64,000 nt of DNA from Candidatus Dojkabacteria bacterium. Its GTDB lineage: Bacteria; Patescibacteriota; Dojkabacteria; B142; JAFGMG01. A program made the position numbers and the translations under genes. Of the stretch, positions 1 to 9,274 are shown one piece after another; within the stretch, counting starts at the first letter, position 1; every line of letters begins with the position of its first letter. Under the pieces are notes generated by a model. It worked only from the letters and a program-made list of their open reading frames with translations, had not been told where the DNA came from and ran no database searches. The stretch lies in NCBI GenBank assembly GCA_016927655.1, contig JAFGMG010000005.1, positions 75,991-139,990 on the forward strand. The letters run 5' to 3'.

Positions 1-420
1 TTGAGCGGTTGCTATCCCAGTTGCTATAACATTCCCGTCATAGTCTCGAAGTTCTATTTGGAAACTTCCTTCAAAGTACCAGGTGCCAGAAACTTGGCCG
101 CTAACAGTAAGCGGGCTGCTGATAACGCCATCCGGCACTGGTGAAAAAATTTGATATTGAGTCCCGTCATCCATAGTTACCAGATCCGTCCCATTGCCGG
201 CGTTTGGATCGTTTTCTCCTGCGTCTCCTGGAATTTGGCCAGTTTCCTCTTCGGCAGTGTCATCTGTCTCATTTGTCTCATCTTCGCCTGTTACGGCATT
301 TTTTATATCAGTGTAATTTTTGTGTCCGAGAAGATACATCGTTATTAAAAAACAAAGAATAGCAAGAATTGTCAATAACAGAGCAATTAAACAAGCAAAG
401 ACGAGCTTTCTATTTTTCAT
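1..420 (-). CDS. Membrane-anchored protein with Gmad2-type immunoglobulin-like domain (runs off the window edge)
   Basis: Not in the ORF track; translated by hand from ATG at 420: MKNRKLVFACLIALLLTILAILCFLITMYLLG (TM), an acidic linker, then SPLTVSGQVSGTWYFEGSFQIELRD, which matches the Gmad2 pattern. Frame is open to position 1. Confidence 0.8.
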   Translation of the reverse strand, partial: MKNRKLVFACLIALLLTILAILCFLITMYLLGHKNYTDIKNAVTGEDETNETDDTAEEETGQIPGDAGENDPNAGNGTDLVTMDDGTQYQIFSPVPDGVISSPLTVSGQVSGTWYFEGSFQIELRDYDGNVIATGIATAQ

Positions 421-455
421 AATTGAATAATTAGATTAAGTAAATATTTAATAAA

Positions 456-1700
456 TTATTCAGGCTCAATCTCAAAAGTGTAAACAGGGTCTGTTTCTAA
501 AACAGATTCCGCTCCGCCGACACGTGCGACTTTTGAGAGTCCGTCGCTTAAATATCCCATGCCAAGTTCATTGATGTCTGTTTTGATTGCAACTAGGTAG
601 GAATTATCAATCCATTTTGCGTTTGCAAATCCGTCTGCTATAAGTGCTGGGGAGCCTGCCACATCATGGAAATACAAATGCCCTTCACCAGCGGCATCTT
701 CATTCCAATAGCTGATAAAGTTCCGATCAGGAGAGGTTTCAAGGTTGTACCCTCCAGTTCCGGCAAAAAACAAGACATTTCCTATTGTGTCTGTTGCGAA
801 CGTATATTTTTTTATCATATCTTCACTAATAAAATAAAATCCGCTATTTCCGTCAAATGTCGGGTGAGTTGCCCCTGCGATTGTTGTGATCGGCGTCCCA
901 TCTATTTGCGTTGCAATGATTGTATCTTCTCCCGGTTCTACAATAGTATTGAGTACAACAATTTTTGTATCATCGGGGCTGAAGCGGATTTGAATTCCAT
1001 CAAAGTTGCCACCGCCCCTTGCAGGTGGAATTCCAAATGATGCGATTGAGGTTGTCCCTGCGCCACTAGCGAGAATTGCTTCGTAGCTGTAATCCGCTTT
1101 TGTAATTATATATCCGAGCTTTGTAGTGTCATGGGTCCATGTGATATCAGAGACGTGTTGGGTGAATGGTGGGGTTGTATGTGCAAGCAATTCTGTATCT
1201 GCTGTAAGATCGTAAGTATAGATATTGCAGTCCCCGTCACATTTAGCGTATCCTAGTGTTCCCCGCTCTTTCCAGTCCACTGCGGTGTATCTAGTAGCGT
1301 CTCCGTCGCCGTCAAAAGTTATCTGGGTTTTATTGGTTCCATCGGTTTCCATGATCCATACATTGTCGTTTTTTAGGTAAGCGATTTTTCTGGGGCCAAA
1401 ATCTGTGTCGTCATCATCATCAGTATCATCATCAGGCGAATCAACATCATCTTCAACTATATCTCCATCATCGCCTCCTTTTGCATCATCACTGCTGTCT
1501 GAATCTTTGATTAAAAGAAAATATGCAAGAACTATTCCTGCTCCTAATACTGCCAATAAAAGTAATACAATAGCAATAATCCAGATTTTCATGTTTTTTG
1601 GGGGTTTCTTTGTCGCCGGTATGTCTGTTGTCGGTTTGGTCAGATCCGGAGGTGTGGTTTGTTTTATAGGTTGATTCTCAGGTGTTTGAGTTGTCTCCAT
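456..1700 (-). CDS. Membrane-anchored TolB-like beta-propeller surface protein
   Basis: Single TM (IWIIAIVLLLLAVLGAGIVLAYFLLI), Asp-rich linker, then PD40/TolB-like repeats (KIAY..NVWIMETDGT, FSPDDTKIV, SPDRNFISY). Confidence 0.75.
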   Translation of the reverse strand: METTQTPENQPIKQTTPPDLTKPTTDIPATKKPPKNMKIWIIAIVLLLLAVLGAGIVLAYFLLIKDSDSSDDAKGGDDGDIVEDDVDSPDDDTDDDDDTDFGPRKIAYLKNDNVWIMETDGTNKTQITFDGDGDATRYTAVDWKERGTLGYAKCDGDCNIYTYDLTADTELLAHTTPPFTQHVSDITWTHDTTKLGYIITKADYSYEAILASGAGTTSIASFGIPPARGGGNFDGIQIRFSPDDTKIVVLNTIVEPGEDTIIATQIDGTPITTIAGATHPTFDGNSGFYFISEDMIKKYTFATDTIGNVLFFAGTGGYNLETSPDRNFISYWNEDAAGEGHLYFHDVAGSPALIADGFANAKWIDNSYLVAIKTDINELGMGYLSDGLSKVARVGGAESVLETDPVYTFEIEPE

Positions 1701-1804
1701 TGGCAGTTAATAAAAAATACAATAAACACAGTATAGCTGGAATTTTGAAAGAATAGAAATTTTCTGCAAAAATACTTGGTTATGTTTTTTATCTCTCCAC
1801 GCCT

Positions 1805-1864
1805 CACTATGAAAAAATCGACATTTATGCTATATATGACATATTTGTCGATTTTTTCATAGTG
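1805..1864. repeat. 60-bp imperfect palindrome, copy 1 of a dispersed repeat
   Basis: cactatgaaaaaatcgaca-tttatg-ctatatatga-catattt-gtcgattttttcatagtg with perfect 19-bp outer arms; near-identical copy at 62643-62702. Confidence 0.9.
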
Positions 1865-1887
1865 TCCTGGAAAGGTATCTTGACAGC

Positions 1888-2280
1888 ATGAACAGAAAAC
1901 AAAGAGCAAAAATAAGAAAAAAGAGAAAAAGGCTAGCGGGGAAAGATTTAAGAACGGCTCGTGAGCGTACAAGTAAATTCAATCTGGAAATGCGTGATAT
2001 CGAAGGACAATTCTTATCTCCCCAAAAGAAGAAAGCATTAGAACAAATCAGCCTTTTCAAAATGGCGGTTCGGAATTTAAAAGAAAAACGAAAAAGCTGC
2101 AAATTAACTCAAACGGAGCTTGCAAGAATATCGGGCGTTCCCCAGACTACAATTTCGCGAATTGAAAGAGGCTCTCAAAACGTCTCGTTAGGGAAAATTC
2201 AACAACTATCATTAGCTATGGGCTGTATAGGTGAGATTAATCTTATAGAACTGCCAGAAAAAGCTCTTCCCATCGCCTAG
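1888..2280 (+). CDS. XRE-family helix-turn-helix regulator
   Basis: LKEKRKSCKLTQTELARISGVPQTTISRIERG is a canonical HTH_3 motif. Confidence 0.88.
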   Translation: MNRKQRAKIRKKRKRLAGKDLRTARERTSKFNLEMRDIEGQFLSPQKKKALEQISLFKMAVRNLKEKRKSCKLTQTELARISGVPQTTISRIERGSQNVSLGKIQQLSLAMGCIGEINLIELPEKALPIA

Positions 2281-2365
2281 TTGCGTTTAAAATTAAATTC
2301 ATGTATAAAGTCGAAGGGCTAATTCTCCTCCTATAGAAATTTTTCTAAATTTTACAGAAAAAGCA

Positions 2366-4024
2366 ATGGCAAAAGCCAGATATATTTTTGTATCCGGAGG
2401 AGTAATTAGTGCGCTGGGCAAAGGAATTACGGCGTCCTCGATCTCTATGCTCCTTAAAGCCAGAGGCTATAAAGTAGCCCCAATCAAATGTGAAAATAAT
2501 CTAAATGTTGATTTCGGAACGCTTAATCCAATTGAGCATGGCGACCCATTCCTTTGCCATGATGGACTTGAGGCAGATCAGGATCTTGGAAATTATGAAC
2601 GAATGCTCCAGGAAGAAGTCGGGTTCCCAAATTTCATGACAATGGGACAGCTTTATTCTTCTGTGATCAAACGGGAACGTGAGATGGGTTATGACGGGGA
2701 AGATGTAGAGCCGATCCCTCACATTGTTGATGAAATAATTTCTAGGATAAAAACCACGGCCAAAAAAGCAAAAGCGGATTTCGTAGTAGTGGAACTTGGC
2801 GGTACCGTCGGTGAATATGAGAATAATAATGGCTTGTATTATGAAGCAGCTAGAATTCTTGGACTTGAAAATCCTGTTGCTCACGTTCATGTGACTTATG
2901 TCCCGGTCCCTGTTCATATCGGGGAGCCAAAAACAAAGCCGGCTCAAATGGGGATAAAAGCACTTATGGGTATGGGCATATATCCAAATTTTATAATTGT
3001 CAGGAGTGAATTACCGACAGATAATCAGCGTAAATATAAATTTGCCCAGAAGTTTCATATCAAGGCAGAAGACGTGTTTTCAAATGAGAATCTCGATGAT
3101 ATTCATGAAGTCCCTCTGCATCTGCATGAACAGGACCTTGACGCGCGGATACTAAAATACTTTGGACTGCGAAAGAAGGAGATGGATATAACTACGTGGC
3201 AGGGTTTCATCAAAAAACTCAAAGCGCCTAAAAAGCATACAGCGAAAATTGCTATTGTCGGGAAATATTTTGGAACTGGAGATTCTCAGTTGAGTGATTC
3301 ATATCACTCTCTCCTGCATGCTGTTAAACATGCTGGTATCAGAGCGAATTGTGAGATTGAGATAAAATTTGTAAATTCAGATAAGCAGGAAAAAACTATT
3401 GAGCAGGAGTTGAAAGGCATGGACGGGATAATTGTCCCGATTGGATGGGGTGCAAGAGGTGTCGAAGGAAAGATAAGGGCAGCCGGATACGCAAGAAAAC
3501 AAAAAATTCCCTATCTGGGACTTTGTTATGGAATGCATGTGGCCTGCATCGAATATGCAAGAGATGTGCTTGGCTACAAAGATGCCAATACGCAGGAATG
3601 TGACCCAAGAACAAAGCACAAAATTATCCATGCGATTCCATTTGATGAAAAATACCAGGTGATAAAAGGTGATGGCTGCTCAATGAGACTTGGAACTTAT
3701 CCATGCGAATTGAAAAAAGGAACACTGGCATACAAGATCTACTCAAAACATGGTGCCTTTGAGGATAAAGCAAAGAATCTGGTCACAGAAAGACACAGGC
3801 ACAGGTTTGAATTTAATAATGAATATAGAAACGAGCTTGAGGAAGCGGGTTTAGTGATCTCGGGAACATCGCCGGATGACTTTTTTGTAGAATTTATTGA
3901 ACTGTCGCAGAAAGTGCATCCGTTTTTCTTGGCGACTCAAGGGCATCCCGAATACAAGTCAACACCACTAAACCCGCACCCGATATTTATCGAATTTGTG
4001 AAAGCTGCAATTGAAAATAAATAA
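2366..4024 (+). CDS. pyrG: CTP synthase
   Basis: YIFVSGGVISALGKGI N-terminus, ELGGTVG, KTKP, and GATase motifs GLCYGM, RHRHRFEFN and QGHPE. Confidence 0.98.
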   Translation: MAKARYIFVSGGVISALGKGITASSISMLLKARGYKVAPIKCENNLNVDFGTLNPIEHGDPFLCHDGLEADQDLGNYERMLQEEVGFPNFMTMGQLYSSVIKREREMGYDGEDVEPIPHIVDEIISRIKTTAKKAKADFVVVELGGTVGEYENNNGLYYEAARILGLENPVAHVHVTYVPVPVHIGEPKTKPAQMGIKALMGMGIYPNFIIVRSELPTDNQRKYKFAQKFHIKAEDVFSNENLDDIHEVPLHLHEQDLDARILKYFGLRKKEMDITTWQGFIKKLKAPKKHTAKIAIVGKYFGTGDSQLSDSYHSLLHAVKHAGIRANCEIEIKFVNSDKQEKTIEQELKGMDGIIVPIGWGARGVEGKIRAAGYARKQKIPYLGLCYGMHVACIEYARDVLGYKDANTQECDPRTKHKIIHAIPFDEKYQVIKGDGCSMRLGTYPCELKKGTLAYKIYSKHGAFEDKAKNLVTERHRHRFEFNNEYRNELEEAGLVISGTSPDDFFVEFIELSQKVHPFFLATQGHPEYKSTPLNPHPIFIEFVKAAIENK

Positions 4025-4054
4025 ATTGATTTACTGTGTGATTTGGCTGATTCT

Positions 4055-4717
4055 TTATTTGACCATGTAGCCGAAACCTCTTACTGTCTCAATGAAGTCT
4101 TTTGCCCCGACAGTTTTCAGTTTCATTCGAATTCTGTTTATGTAGACATTGACAATATTTGGATCTTTTTCTTCACTATCAATCCAAAGGCTGTCTATTA
4201 TATTATCTTTTTCAACAAGCCGTCCTTTATGATGCAGCAAAAATTCAATAAGCTGATATTCTCTTTTTGAAAATGGAATTTTCTCCCCCTGGTAATTTAT
4301 TGATTTGTTCTCAAAATCGAATTGTATTCCGTTGATTATTTCGATTTTATTTGAGATTTCAGAATTGCGGTTTATCAGGACTTTAATTCTGACTACAAGC
4401 TCTGCAAGCTCGAAAGGCTTTGTCATATAATCATCCGCCCCAGCTTCAAAGCATTGAAGTTTATCCTCGATTGAATCTCGAACCGTAAGCATTAGAATTG
4501 GTGTTTTTTCGTGCCTGTCTCTAACTTTTTTAATAAATTCAATTCCATCCCCATCTTTTAAATTGTAATCAACGATATAAGCGCTGAACTGGGAAGGAAT
4601 AATTTTAGCAGCGTCACTCAAGCCTTCAAAAAGTTCTACATCGATATTTTCCCTCTCAAAAGCTTTGAAAACTATATAGCCGATTTTTTTCGAGTCTTCC
4701 AGTAATGCTATTTTCAT
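4055..4717 (-). CDS. OmpR/PhoB-family response regulator
   Basis: Receiver domain (LLED, VD, GADDYMTKPF) plus winged helix (VNVYINRIRMKL, IETVRGFGY). Confidence 0.95.
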   Translation of the reverse strand: MKIALLEDSKKIGYIVFKAFERENIDVELFEGLSDAAKIIPSQFSAYIVDYNLKDGDGIEFIKKVRDRHEKTPILMLTVRDSIEDKLQCFEAGADDYMTKPFELAELVVRIKVLINRNSEISNKIEIINGIQFDFENKSINYQGEKIPFSKREYQLIEFLLHHKGRLVEKDNIIDSLWIDSEEKDPNIVNVYINRIRMKLKTVGAKDFIETVRGFGYMVK

Positions 4718-4871
4718 AGTAATAGCTTAATTATACCAGATAATAGGTGCTTCCTATTATATATTTATTTCAACTATATACATAATAAATATTGTTGATT
4801 ATTGATTTATTATGATGTGTTTAAATCAATCGTTCAAGATTGAAAGATAATTTATTTTTTACTTTAATGCC

Positions 4872-5348
4872 ATGAAAAAATCCACAGGGCAGGCGTTTTC
4901 AAGGGCCAGCGTTGGAATTCTCAATGCTGCGAAGAAGAAGCAGCTGATAGCGCAAACGGAGTTTAAAATTTCTGGCATTATTAAAGAATTGAATTATCTT
5001 CAAAAAGAAAAAGATGAAGAATCTATGATAAGAATGTCGAATCTGACTCAGGAACGAGACAGGCTTCTTGAAAAACTGGATGAGCTGAAAAGATCAAAGA
5101 CATATGTTCCTAAAGAAAATGAGGCAAGTAAGAGGAGCGTCAATGTGGGAGATACGGTCAAGCTTAATAACGGTATTGATGAGCTTGAATTGTCTTTGGT
5201 TGGAGACTTCGAAGCTGATTCGACCAATGGAGCAATCTCGGTTGCTTCACCTCTCGGGAGCAGTCTTTTAAATCGAGCTGTCGGAGAAGCATTCTCAGTG
5301 TTGACACCAGCGGGTCAGGCTGACTATGAGATTCTTGCGATAAACTGA
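4872..5348 (+). CDS. GreA/GreB-family protein with divergent N-terminal coiled coil
   Basis: C-domain VNVGDTVKL..LVGDFEAD...ISVASPLGSSLL..VGE..V.TPAG..YEILAI; the canonical GDLxENxEY tip is absent. Confidence 0.85.
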   Translation: MKKSTGQAFSRASVGILNAAKKKQLIAQTEFKISGIIKELNYLQKEKDEESMIRMSNLTQERDRLLEKLDELKRSKTYVPKENEASKRSVNVGDTVKLNNGIDELELSLVGDFEADSTNGAISVASPLGSSLLNRAVGEAFSVLTPAGQADYEILAIN

Positions 5349-5385
5349 AGTTAACTCCAAAATAAAATTCTCGATCTGCTTTGGG

Positions 5386-5394
5386 TGGTATAAT
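5386..5394 (+). promoter_or_regulatory. Extended -10 promoter (TGgTATAAT), probable leaderless folC transcript
   Basis: tggtataat ends 5 nt before the ATG at 5400; no Shine-Dalgarno is visible. Confidence 0.6.
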
Positions 5395-5399
5395 CCCTC

Positions 5400-6731
5400 A
5401 TGGATGATTTTCAGATACTTCAAAAATATTCAAGTAAGCAAATCCTTATTGAAGGCTACGATATTGGTATGATTCGCGAATTCCTTGATTGGCTGGGTAA
5501 ACCTGATGAAGGGATGACAATTTTTCATGTCGGGGGGACATCAGGAAAAGGCTCTACCTCTACTCTTCTTGCATCGATTATGAAAATGCATGGCTTGAAG
5601 ACTGGACTTTTCGTTTCTCCGCATGTGGAAACTGTCAGGGAGAGAATCCAAATCAATAACGAATTTATCGAAGAGGGTGATCTGAAAAGCCTGGTTGACA
5701 AAGTGTTGGTGGAATTCAAAAAATTTGAGAAGGCTAATAGCAGAATTAAGCGTGCATTAACTTATTTTGAAATACTTCTCGTTGCTGCTCTGCTTTATTT
5801 CCAATCAGAACATGTCAAATATGTCGTTATTGAGGTTGGCATTGGAGGAAAACTGGATCCGACAAATGTGCTTTTTGGCAAATATTGCATTTTGACCAAC
5901 GTTGGACTTGATCATCAAAAATATCTTGGGGATACGGTCGAGGAAATTGCAAAAGACAAAGTACAGATTGTGAAATCAGGTGCGAACCTGATAACAGGTA
6001 TAGAAAAACCGAGAGTTAGAGAGATTATCAAGGGATGGACAGAAAAGGTGACTGTAGATGTACTTTGGTCTGATAAAGAATTTGATATAGGAAAGATTGA
6101 TGTTTCTTTAGACGGAACAAGTTTTGACTATCGTTTCGGGAAGATACTCTTAGAGGGTCTTTGCACAAATTTGATAGGAGAGCATCAAGCGAAAGATTCG
6201 GCACTGGCTATTACGGCTTTTCTTAAATTTGCCAAGGATAGCGGACTTGTCTGGGAGACTGAATTGATAAATAAAGGCCTGAAGGTCAAAAATTTCCCGG
6301 CAAGATTCGAAATTAAATCCAGGAGCCCCTTGATTATCTGGGATGGAGCGCATAACGCGGACAAAATGAAGGCACTTATTGCAGCTGTAAATAAGATCAA
6401 GGGAGATAGAAAAATCAAAATGCTTTTTGCGCTAAAGAGTGATAAAGAAGTAGAAGGAGTCGTAGCTGCAATAAAAACACTTGGTGGCGAAGTGTCGCAG
6501 ATTGTTCTGACAGATTATAAGATCCGGCAGGATATAGAAGTACATTCTGCAAAAGCTGATACTGTGAAAAAAGTTCTAAATAAAACAATACCCAAAGTGC
6601 AAATTCTTTATAATCCTGAGGCAGAAGGTGCATATCATCGCCTGGTCGCAGAGCTTCAATCGAGTGAAATCCTTCTTGTCACGGGATCTTTCTATCTTCT
6701 AAGCTTCTTAAGTGAGAAATTGAAAAATTAA
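5400..6731 (+). CDS. folC: Folylpolyglutamate synthase/dihydrofolate synthase
   Basis: HVGGTSGKGST, SPH..RERIQIN, TYFE, EVGIGGKLDPTN, DHQKYLGDT, DGAHN, VTGSFY. Confidence 0.96.
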   Translation: MDDFQILQKYSSKQILIEGYDIGMIREFLDWLGKPDEGMTIFHVGGTSGKGSTSTLLASIMKMHGLKTGLFVSPHVETVRERIQINNEFIEEGDLKSLVDKVLVEFKKFEKANSRIKRALTYFEILLVAALLYFQSEHVKYVVIEVGIGGKLDPTNVLFGKYCILTNVGLDHQKYLGDTVEEIAKDKVQIVKSGANLITGIEKPRVREIIKGWTEKVTVDVLWSDKEFDIGKIDVSLDGTSFDYRFGKILLEGLCTNLIGEHQAKDSALAITAFLKFAKDSGLVWETELINKGLKVKNFPARFEIKSRSPLIIWDGAHNADKMKALIAAVNKIKGDRKIKMLFALKSDKEVEGVVAAIKTLGGEVSQIVLTDYKIRQDIEVHSAKADTVKKVLNKTIPKVQILYNPEAEGAYHRLVAELQSSEILLVTGSFYLLSFLSEKLKN

Positions 6732-7903
6732 TCTTCTATAGCTTTGACATAAAAGGCGAAGGTGGCAGTTTTCCCGCCATCAAGTTCGGCAGTTCCTTTG
6801 AAGATATAAATAGGATAAATATAGCCGGTCCAGTCATCCGGGACAAAAAATCCTAGCTCGCTTTGATCCGGATCCGCCGTGAATCTTAGGACTTTTTGCG
6901 GTTGATAACTGGCATAAGGGTTCCCCCCGACCTCGACAAGGCTTTTGAGACTTGCTTTGCCATCTTTTACATCTTCCCATGCTTTCTCGATGCTTTTGAG
7001 TTTGTAGGTTGATTTTGTTTCCTCATTAATCGCTACGCTGTTATTTTCAAATTCGACTAAATAGTCAATGTTATCTTGTCTTTGCGCCCCTGTTTGTTCT
7101 TCCTCATTTGCAAGAATAATTGAAAATGAGCCCTTGCTGAAGTTGTTAAAGTAAATCCGCCCATTCATGGATTCTGCATTTTGAGCTGTGGTCGTAGTAG
7201 TCTGGGCATTAGCTGTGTTGCTTTTTAAAGAAACAATTTCAAAACTTTCAAAATATGTCTTTTTTATAAAATCCGCGTTATTTGCCGAAGAAGTTGTTGA
7301 ATAAGAATTTCCCGATTTGATCAGGTACTCTTTTTCTGATTCTTGGGTGCTATAAGGAAATTTAAGTGTTGAGATCAAGCTTTGAGTGAGTGAATCGACG
7401 CTTGCAGTATCTACAAATTCCGGTTTGGAAAAAGAAGAATTTTTTAAAGAGCTGTTTAAATAAGTAGAATTTTCTGTAAGCTTGTTGAAAATCAGTTCTC
7501 TGCCCCCTTCACTCCATTTGAAATTCTGGTCTTGATTGATCAAACTTGAATTAAATTCCAGGCTTTTTGCAAGGTCTTTAGCTTTTACGCTGCTGCCAAG
7601 AGTCTCTCTGGGTTTGTCAACACTATAGACATTTACACTTGTGGGAGAATCATCAAATTGCCCGAGTACTACAAAGCTTGGCGTGCTTCCATCAGCAATT
7701 GCCAGACTTGATATTTCAGGATATGTCAGCACGCCAAACCCTTGATTGATCGAACTATATGGCGTGGTTCCGCCGCTAAAGGGATCCTCCTCGCTTGTCG
7801 CATATCTATAAATCACTTGTCCAGTAAGAACAACAATAATGAATACTATAAAGTACAAAACATACATTCTAGTTCTTTTTGTGGTATCAGTCAGTTTTGA
7901 CAT
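6728..7903 (-). CDS. Membrane-anchored hypothetical surface protein
   Basis: Long ORF (track 6728-7960; the ATG at 7903 is more plausible), N-terminal TM, C-terminal YIYPIYIFKG motif. Confidence 0.7.
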   Translation of the reverse strand: MSKLTDTTKRTRMYVLYFIVFIIVVLTGQVIYRYATSEEDPFSGGTTPYSSINQGFGVLTYPEISSLAIADGSTPSFVVLGQFDDSPTSVNVYSVDKPRETLGSSVKAKDLAKSLEFNSSLINQDQNFKWSEGGRELIFNKLTENSTYLNSSLKNSSFSKPEFVDTASVDSLTQSLISTLKFPYSTQESEKEYLIKSGNSYSTTSSANNADFIKKTYFESFEIVSLKSNTANAQTTTTTAQNAESMNGRIYFNNFSKGSFSIILANEEEQTGAQRQDNIDYLVEFENNSVAINEETKSTYKLKSIEKAWEDVKDGKASLKSLVEVGGNPYASYQPQKVLRFTADPDQSELGFFVPDDWTGYIYPIYIFKGTAELDGGKTATFAFYVKAIED

Positions 7904-7985
7904 AAATACAGTGTACATTATTAGGTTTTTTGTTTCCAGTCTTGAATGACTAGACAGCATAGTTAAGTATGTCTATGATGTAGTT

Positions 7986-9254
7986 GTGAGAATTAGTTTG
8001 AATAAAAAACCAAGGGGTACGATCGAAAATGCCGAAGATGAGGGTTTGAGCCCAGTCGCAAGAAGACAACTAGCAATTGGCAAATTTCAAATCAAGCAGG
8101 TACATATATATAGTATTATCATGATTGTCTGTGTAACTATCTTAAGTTTTGTCGGTTTGGAAATTTTCGATCGCAAACATTTTGAGAGTTTCAGCTTGGA
8201 TTATTCTTTCGCAGGAGCGGGTAATCTGGCATATCAAAATATTGCAGTGCCTGATTTTGCACAAGTGCGAGATAAAGAAAATCCCGTAAACGGTGTTCTG
8301 GTCACAACAGATGAGCTCAATGAAATGCAAGGCAGAAAGCTGGTTGTAATCTCTTTGAATAATCACAGCGATGCAAGGCCCCAGTTCGGATTGAGTTTTG
8401 CTGATATGGTGCTCGAAGTCCTTGCAGAAGGCGGGATCACGAGATACAACGCATATTATTACCAGAATCAAAGTGTAGAGAAAATCGGGCCGATCAGAAG
8501 TGCTAGAAGCTATATGCTGGAGTATTTCCTGGGTTTTGATGATCCGGTTTTTGTACATGAGGGCCAGGCAAGCTATCCTCCGCAGGAGAAGGCCGTCCCT
8601 GAGATCAATACTTTATACCAACTTTCTGCATGGGGTATCGAAAGTATGCAGACAGCAGGTTCAAGATATCGAGATCCAGAGAGAATAAAGAGCGCAGGCT
8701 ATGTTCACTCTCTCATGACCGGATTTAAGCTTATAAATGCCGAAATTGAGCGCCTTGGCTGGATTGCTCCTTCAGATATCGAGCCTCTGAAATTTAAATT
8801 TGGTGACCTGGAAGAAGAGAGAGGAACAGATCAAAACATTGAGATTAGATTTACCAGCATGTCGACGAGCTATTACAAGGCGGCATTTGATTATGATCCT
8901 AAAACGAACACTTACTTGCGTTCAGTCGGTGGAAAAGCTGATAATGACGCTCTTACTGGAGCGCGTATTGCACCTTCTAATGTCATTATTGAATTTCACA
9001 ATTATAGAGACGCCATGGATGGTCATTCTAGAATAATTATTGATATGACCGGTGAAGATCGGGCCTTGATCTTTCGGGATGGGAAAATGATCGAAGCAAA
9101 TTGGAAAAAAGACTCAAAGGAAGATCGCACAAAGTATTATGATGAGGCCGGAAATGAGATAGAATTGAATCGCGGTCAAATCTGGGTTAGTATTGCAATA
9201 AAGACCAAGACAAAAGGGGTCAGCGATGTGCTTGTAAATGGGGAGGAAGTTTAA
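7986..9254 (+). CDS. DUF3048 (YerB-like) protein
   Basis: NNHSDARPQFGLSFADMVLEVLAEGGITRY, IGPIRSAR and LNRGQIW are typical DUF3048 motifs; N-terminal TM. Confidence 0.9.
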   Translation: MRISLNKKPRGTIENAEDEGLSPVARRQLAIGKFQIKQVHIYSIIMIVCVTILSFVGLEIFDRKHFESFSLDYSFAGAGNLAYQNIAVPDFAQVRDKENPVNGVLVTTDELNEMQGRKLVVISLNNHSDARPQFGLSFADMVLEVLAEGGITRYNAYYYQNQSVEKIGPIRSARSYMLEYFLGFDDPVFVHEGQASYPPQEKAVPEINTLYQLSAWGIESMQTAGSRYRDPERIKSAGYVHSLMTGFKLINAEIERLGWIAPSDIEPLKFKFGDLEEERGTDQNIEIRFTSMSTSYYKAAFDYDPKTNTYLRSVGGKADNDALTGARIAPSNVIIEFHNYRDAMDGHSRIIIDMTGEDRALIFRDGKMIEANWKKDSKEDRTKYYDEAGNEIELNRGQIWVSIAIKTKTKGVSDVLVNGEEV

Positions 9255-9274
9255 TATTTCAATTTGAAAAATCG

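Noticed and set aside
151-348. 65-aa + strand ORF in the track
   Set aside because: It is antisense to a better-supported minus-strand Gmad2-domain gene (1-420).
1805-1864. Hairpin as an integron attC, dif site or rho-independent terminator
   Set aside because: It has no RYYYAAC/GTTRRRY ends, no XerD arm with a 6-bp spacer, and no GC stem plus U-tract; copy 1 lies between divergent gene starts.
1664-2102. Minus-strand ORFs 1664-1972 and 1857-2102
   Set aside because: They overlap the XRE gene antisense and the non-coding hairpin; their Phe/Leu-rich composition reflects the A-rich opposite strand.
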